Positions 59,955-64,000 of a DNA stretch of 64,000 bases are shown in pieces (the stretch's first letter is position 1; each line of letters starts with the position of its first letter). The DNA is taken from contig CAMJZA010000001.1 of the NCBI GenBank assembly GCA_946410085.1, forward strand, positions 26,797 to 90,796, read 5' to 3'. The notes beneath the pieces were generated by a model. That model was not told where the DNA came from and ran no database searches. It saw only the letters and a program-made list of their open reading frames with translations. The position numbers were made by a program, and so were the translations under genes. The stretch comes from an uncultured Treponema sp. (GTDB lineage Bacteria > Spirochaetota > Spirochaetia > Treponematales > Treponemataceae).

Positions 59955-60036
59955 CCCGAAATTTGCAAATGTTTTTTGCCGAAAATTCCCGAAATTTGCA
60001 AATCTTTTACCCCATTTTTTCACGAAATTCGCAAAT
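59955..60036. promoter_or_regulatory. Three 33-bp-spaced copies of a palindrome-containing box upstream of the DUF4143 ATPase gene
   Basis: CCCGAAATTTGCAAAT at 59955 and 59988, CACGAAATTCGCAAAT at 60021. ATTTGCAAAT is a perfect 10-bp palindrome. Confidence 0.5.
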
Positions 60037-60050
60037 CTTGTCCGGTTCAG

Positions 60051-60062
60051 CCCCCCCCCCCC
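60051..60062. repeat. C12 homopolymer in the divergent intergenic region
   Basis: Twelve consecutive C residues read directly from the sequence. They lie 57 nt upstream of ATG 60120 and 118 nt upstream of ATG 59932 on the opposite strand. Confidence 0.95.
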
Positions 60063-60119
60063 AACAGTCAGCTTTTGTGACGAACGCGGGGCCCGTTTGT
60101 TTAAGTTATGGAGGAATGC

Positions 60120-60827
60120 ATGAAAAGGACAATCATAAGCGCGGCCATCTGTGCCGCACTGTTATCAAGCGCGGCCACAGCGCAGAGGAAGGGTTCGGGG
60201 GCCCTTTTCCCGGATACCTGGGGCGGAGAGAAATCGCTCGCGGTCAAGTCCGACTGCGTGACGGCCGAGGGCGACTTCAACATGGACGGCTTCAAGGACA
60301 TCGCTGTCATCGCCGTGCCCCGGGCCCCCGCCCTCATGCGCACCCGCGAGGACGGCTACGAATGCAACTTCAACAAGCCCGTGCTTGCGGTATTCTTCGG
60401 GCAGAAAAGAGGCAAGCCCAAGCTGCACAAGGAATACAGGGACACGATTCCCGGCAATGACGCGGAGAACGAGGACTGCTTCCATGAGAGCTCGCTGTCG
60501 GTCAACGACGAGGGCGACCTCTGCATCACCGTGAGCGAATTCTATTCGGCGGGCAGCTCCGACTCCCCAAGCTTCGAATATGTCTTCCGCTGGCAGGACG
60601 GTGACTTTTTCCTCATCGGCAGGAACTACGGCTCGTTCTCGCGCTATTCGGGCGAGGCCATGAACGTCAACGAAAACTACCTGACGCACAAAAGGCGGAC
60701 GGTGACCTACAATATGTTTGATGAGGATGTACCGGAAGAGGAAATATGGACGGAGCTGTTTGACGCGCCGCTCCGGACGCTCGGTTCGGATATGCTCACC
60801 GTGTCCGAAGTTGATGCCGTCGGCTGA
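60120..60827 (+). CDS. Secreted protein of unknown function (one FG-GAP-like motif)
   Basis: Signal peptide MKRTIISAAICAALLSSAATAQ. DFNMDGFKDIAVIAV resembles an FG-GAP/VCBS calcium-binding turn. Confidence 0.6.
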   Translation: MKRTIISAAICAALLSSAATAQRKGSGALFPDTWGGEKSLAVKSDCVTAEGDFNMDGFKDIAVIAVPRAPALMRTREDGYECNFNKPVLAVFFGQKRGKPKLHKEYRDTIPGNDAENEDCFHESSLSVNDEGDLCITVSEFYSAGSSDSPSFEYVFRWQDGDFFLIGRNYGSFSRYSGEAMNVNENYLTHKRRTVTYNMFDEDVPEEEIWTELFDAPLRTLGSDMLTVSEVDAVG

Positions 60828-60868
60828 TTTGCTGACTGTAAACGGGGCACAGCCCTTATTTATCCCGC

Positions 60869-60981
60869 GAGGTTGCGCTTTAGCGCAACCTCATTGGCCA
60901 CTGTGACGGCCTGCCTTTGAAACCCGCGAGCCGGCCAGAGGCCGGCTCGTTGGCCAATGTAAACGGCGGTAGCCGTTTACA
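60869..60981. repeat. Three perfect hairpins; the first two form a duplicated REP-like unit
   Basis: CCCGCGAG-GTTGCGC-ttta-GCGCAAC-CTCATTGGCCACTGT and CCCGCGAG-CCGGCC-aga-GGCCGG-CTCGTTGGCCAATGT. Then TGTAAACGGC-ggta-GCCGTTTACA, which overlaps the SDR stop codon. Confidence 0.75.
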
Positions 60982-61750
60982 TGGCCGTATACCCGCCGTC
61001 CACGGGCAGGTTCACGCCGGTAACATAGCTTGAGGCGGGACTTGCCAGGAAGATGGCAGCCGTGTCCAGCTCGCCTTCCTTGCCGTAGCGTTCTTCGGGA
61101 ATCATCGTCTTTGCGTTCTGCTGGAAGAAGTCGGAGTCCAGCGTCTCCCGCGTCAGGTCCGTATAGAAGTAGCCCGGGCAGATTGCGTTGACCGTGATGC
61201 CGTACTTGCCCCACTCGGCGGCAAGCGCACGGGTCATATTGACGACACCGCCCTTCGCCGCATGGTAGGGGGCGGACCCGGCTATCTTGTTGCCGACCAG
61301 TCCGTACATCGAAGCGATGTTGATGATGCGGCCGTACTTGGCAGGAATCATCGCTTTCTTGGCAACAGCGCGGGCGACGCGGAAGGTGCCGAAGAGGTCT
61401 ATGTTCATCTCGTTGTGGAACTGCTCGTCGGTGATGTCCTCTGCCGGAGCAACGGCGCCGGTTCCCGCGTTGTTGATGAGGATATCTATTCTGCCGAACT
61501 TTTGCAGCACTTCGTCAACAGCTGCATCGACCGCAGCGGTATCCGTGATGTCGCAGGGAATTGCAAGCGTCTGCACCCCGAATTCATCAGCTATCTCTTT
61601 GGCGACTGCGTCAATCTTTGCCTTGCGGCGGGCGAGGGCGACAATGTTTGCCCCCTGGTTTGCCAGTGCCTTTGCCATCTGCACGCCCAACCCTGCCGAA
61701 CAGCCCGTCACGATGGCGACCTGCCCCTTCAAATCAAAATATGATTTCAT
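60977..61750 (-). CDS. Short-chain dehydrogenase/reductase (gluconate-5-dehydrogenase / 3-oxoacyl-ACP reductase-like)
   Basis: Cofactor motif VTGCSAGLG, NNAG, catalytic YHAAKGG. Confidence 0.9.
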   Translation of the reverse strand: MKSYFDLKGQVAIVTGCSAGLGVQMAKALANQGANIVALARRKAKIDAVAKEIADEFGVQTLAIPCDITDTAAVDAAVDEVLQKFGRIDILINNAGTGAVAPAEDITDEQFHNEMNIDLFGTFRVARAVAKKAMIPAKYGRIINIASMYGLVGNKIAGSAPYHAAKGGVVNMTRALAAEWGKYGITVNAICPGYFYTDLTRETLDSDFFQQNAKTMIPEERYGKEGELDTAAIFLASPASSYVTGVNLPVDGGYTAM

Positions 61751-61864
61751 ATAAAAACCTCGTATCCGTTACGGCCCCGGTTAGAAAGGGCTAATAACTG
61801 TGTTTGCCCCTATTATATGAAAAAACGTAAGAAAGGCAAGCCTCGGGGCGGAGCCGGACGCATC

Positions 61865-61945
61865 GCAGGACAGGTCACAGGCTCTTTTGAATGTCCTCGG
61901 CGACATCAAGGAGGAGGGCCTGCTGCTTTTCCGGCAGGGATGCGT
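61865..61945. repeat. Direct repeat DR-C, left copy (relic of the XRE gene 3' end)
   Basis: 73/81 identical to 63697-63777; the last 36 nt are identical. The minus strand reads ..DASLPEKQQALLLDVAEDIQKSL-stop, against ..YASLPEKQQALLLAVAEDIQKAL-stop in the intact gene. Confidence 0.9.
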
Positions 61946-61961
61946 CGATTAGAGATGTCCC

Positions 61962-63542
61962 CTATGCCTCCACGACCTTCCAGCCGCCGAGCGTGCGGGA
62001 CTGCGCATCGAAGCTCGCGCCTATCTTGAAAAGCTTTTTGGGCCTGCCGTCCGCCCCGACGGATGCCTCGTAGGGTATGAGGTATCCCTTGGAATCTATC
62101 TGCGCGAGGACCTCCTCCACCGTCCCGTCCAGCTTGAACTCAAAGACGTAGACCGCATCCTGTGTCTCCACGACCATGTCGCTGCGACCTGCCGCGCTCG
62201 CCTCCTCGGTCCTGACACCGAAGGGCGTGCACAGGCGGGCTATCAGGAAGAAGACGGTGTTGTAGTGATTTTCGTCCTGCTTCTCCGCGTTGTAGGGGAT
62301 AGAGCTGAAGAAAGATCGCATGAGCGTCATGGCATCTTCCAGATTACCTTCCCGCAGGAAGCGGCTGAATTTAAGCAGGAAGGTGTCGTTCTGGCTCACG
62401 GTCTTCGCCGCATAATAGGGCAACAGGCAGTGCAGGAATCCGTACCGAACCTCCTCGTTGGGGAAGCCCAGCGTGTATGAATAGCCGTCGTAGTCCTTTA
62501 TGGTGACATAGCCCGACTGGTAGAGCATGGGGACCGGGTCTCCTGCTTCCTCTGCGGGAGCATCGAACATGTCCGCCGTCGCGGGGAAGCCCCGGTCAAG
62601 CTCGTCCGGGTCAATGTCGTACTTCTTGATGAGCTGGGTCAGTACGGTCGGCGTACCGGTTGAGAACCAGTAGTTGTCCAGCTCCCCATCCGTCAGCGAC
62701 CGTATCAGGCTGAAGGGGTTGTACACGTCAGGCGAGCGCCTGGTGAAGTGGTAGCCGTCGTATTTCTTCCTCAGGGCCTCGACAGCCCCCTCGTAGGTCA
62801 GCCCATGCCTGTCCGCGAGCGCCTGTATCTCGGGCTGCATCTGGCTCAGCAGTTCCTCACTGGTGATTCCGCATATCGCCGCGTAACGGTCGTTCATTGT
62901 TATCACGTTCAGGTTGTTCAGCTCGCTGAATATCGAAAGCTGGCTGAACCTCGTTATACCCGTCAGGAAGACGAAACGCAGAATTCCCCCAAGGTCCTTG
63001 AGGGGGCTGAAGAACTTGCGCATCTCCATCTTGAGCTTCTTCTGCATCTCCGGGTCGTCCATCGTGTCCAGGAGGGGAGCGTCGTACTCGTCCACCAGAA
63101 CGACCGGCTCCTCCCCTGTCTTGTCGTGGACGGCCTTTATCAGACGTTCGAACCGTGTCCCCCATGCACCGATTTTTCCGGCCTCAAGCCCGTACTCCTT
63201 CTCCCATTCGGAAAGCTTGTAGTCCAGCGTATCCGACAAATCCTCCTTGGTGACGTACTTGTTGCCCGCGAAACTCACGTGGAACACGGGATGAACCTTC
63301 CACTCCTTCTCAAACCCCTCCATCGCGAGCCCCTCGAACAAGTCCTTCCTGCCCTCGAAGTAGCACTTGAGCGTTGAGACGAGGAGGGACTTGCCGAACC
63401 TGCGCGGTCGGCTCAGGAAGTAGACACGTCCTGCGCTGACCATTTCGTGGATTATGGCGGTCTTGTCAACGTAGTAGTATCCGTTCCGCCGTATCTGGGC
63501 GAAGTCCTGCAGTCCAATGGGGAAACGCTTGAGTCCGTTCAT
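61962..63542 (-). CDS. AAA-ATPase_like N-domain plus PD-(D/E)XK nuclease (PDDEXK_9/DUF1703) protein
   Basis: FPIGLQDFAQIRRNGYYYVDKTAIIHEM...YFLSRPRRFGKSLLVSTL is the signature N-terminus of this multicopy family. The C-terminal RSDMVVETQDAVYVFEFKLDG is the nuclease core. I start at MNGLKRF (ATG 63542). Confidence 0.85.
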   Translation of the reverse strand: MNGLKRFPIGLQDFAQIRRNGYYYVDKTAIIHEMVSAGRVYFLSRPRRFGKSLLVSTLKCYFEGRKDLFEGLAMEGFEKEWKVHPVFHVSFAGNKYVTKEDLSDTLDYKLSEWEKEYGLEAGKIGAWGTRFERLIKAVHDKTGEEPVVLVDEYDAPLLDTMDDPEMQKKLKMEMRKFFSPLKDLGGILRFVFLTGITRFSQLSIFSELNNLNVITMNDRYAAICGITSEELLSQMQPEIQALADRHGLTYEGAVEALRKKYDGYHFTRRSPDVYNPFSLIRSLTDGELDNYWFSTGTPTVLTQLIKKYDIDPDELDRGFPATADMFDAPAEEAGDPVPMLYQSGYVTIKDYDGYSYTLGFPNEEVRYGFLHCLLPYYAAKTVSQNDTFLLKFSRFLREGNLEDAMTLMRSFFSSIPYNAEKQDENHYNTVFFLIARLCTPFGVRTEEASAAGRSDMVVETQDAVYVFEFKLDGTVEEVLAQIDSKGYLIPYEASVGADGRPKKLFKIGASFDAQSRTLGGWKVVEA

Positions 63543-63696
63543 GTCCCCATCATAGCACGGCCGGGGCGGAAAGTCGAGGGCGGGCGGAGTACCTGGAACT
63601 TGCCCGGAGATGACGGCCTTTGCCTCCTGCGTCCTGCCGTTACGGGCGTAGGAGAAAAAGAAATAGTTCGTAGTACACTGCGGATTCGGCCACAGT

Positions 63697-63777
63697 GCAG
63701 GACAGGTCACAGGGCTTTCTGTATGTCCTCGGCGACGGCGAGGAGGAGGGCCTGCTGCTTTTCCGGCAGGGATGCGT
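63697..63777. repeat. Direct repeat DR-C, right copy (authentic 3' end of the XRE gene plus 10 nt)
   Basis: See the left copy at 61865-61945. Confidence 0.9.
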
Positions 63778-64000
63778 AGATGTGGAGCAGGCGGCGTTTT
63801 TTTTCGTCGGATGCCTCGTCCGAGAGGGATGCACTCTGCCCGGTGACGAGGTATTCCACCGTCGTGTCCAGGGCCCGCGCAATCTTCACCGCGACATCAG
63901 CAGAAGGCATGCAGGACTGACCGCTCACGTAGCTGACGAGCGAGTGGAGCGTTATGCCCCTGCTCTGCGACGCCGCGCCTGCGGAATTCCGTCCTCGTGT
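63707..64000 (-). CDS. XRE-family helix-turn-helix regulator, 5' end off-window
   Basis: The frame stays open to the window edge. ..RGITLHSLVSYVSGQSCMPSADVAVKIARALDTTVEYLVTG is a Cro/C1-type HTH. Confidence 0.75.
   Translation of the reverse strand, partial: TRGRNSAGAASQSRGITLHSLVSYVSGQSCMPSADVAVKIARALDTTVEYLVTGQSASLSDEASDEKKRRLLHIYASLPEKQQALLLAVAEDIQKAL

Overview
This is a high-G+C segment (about 55-62% by eye, not computed) from the chromosome of a diderm bacterium. The diderm call rests on a TolC-type efflux pump, a beta-barrel outer-membrane protein (OMP) and many lipoproteins. A BspA-type LRR protein, a DUF4015 protein and an Msp-like OMP hint at a Treponema-like spirochaete, but taxonomy cannot be settled from the sequence alone. 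I support about 57 protein-coding genes. I saw no rRNA, tRNA, CRISPR array, transposase or integrase.

Housekeeping genes (dus, guaA, a RelA/SpoT homologue, ssb, parAB, DUF721) are interleaved with accessory material:
- an ANT(6)-like nucleotidyltransferase next to a GNAT acetyltransferase
- two Fe-S aldo/keto reductases
- a STAS / HAMP-PP2C-kinase partner-switching pair
- a TolC-MacA-MacB efflux locus split by a 2.9-kb insert (an unknown 624-aa enzyme plus vapBC)
- three Gtr-like surface-glycan modification modules (GT2 plus a large polytopic membrane protein; one also carries glf)
- several toxin-antitoxin loci or remnants (vapBC, yefM-like/yoeB, an orphan RHH antitoxin, a decayed higBA)
- two multicopy-type AAA ATPase genes (DUF4143 type and AAA-ATPase_like/PDDEXK_9 type)

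The most interesting signal is structural. Three separate accessory cassettes are each bracketed by a direct duplication of the 3' end of the neighbouring host gene: 68/68 bp, 46/47 bp and 73/81 bp. No recombinase gene lies nearby.

Other signals not captured by the ORF track:
- a lipoprotein ORF with its own terminator but no in-frame start codon
- a set of consensus sigma70-type promoters that abut start codons (leaderless mRNAs)
- four 22/23-bp tandem-repeat arrays at gene or cassette boundaries
- a C12 homopolymer between divergent genes
- a dispersed hairpin-repeat family
- a promoter-to-terminator unit that could be an sRNA or an attenuator

All family assignments come from motif recognition by eye. 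No searches were run.
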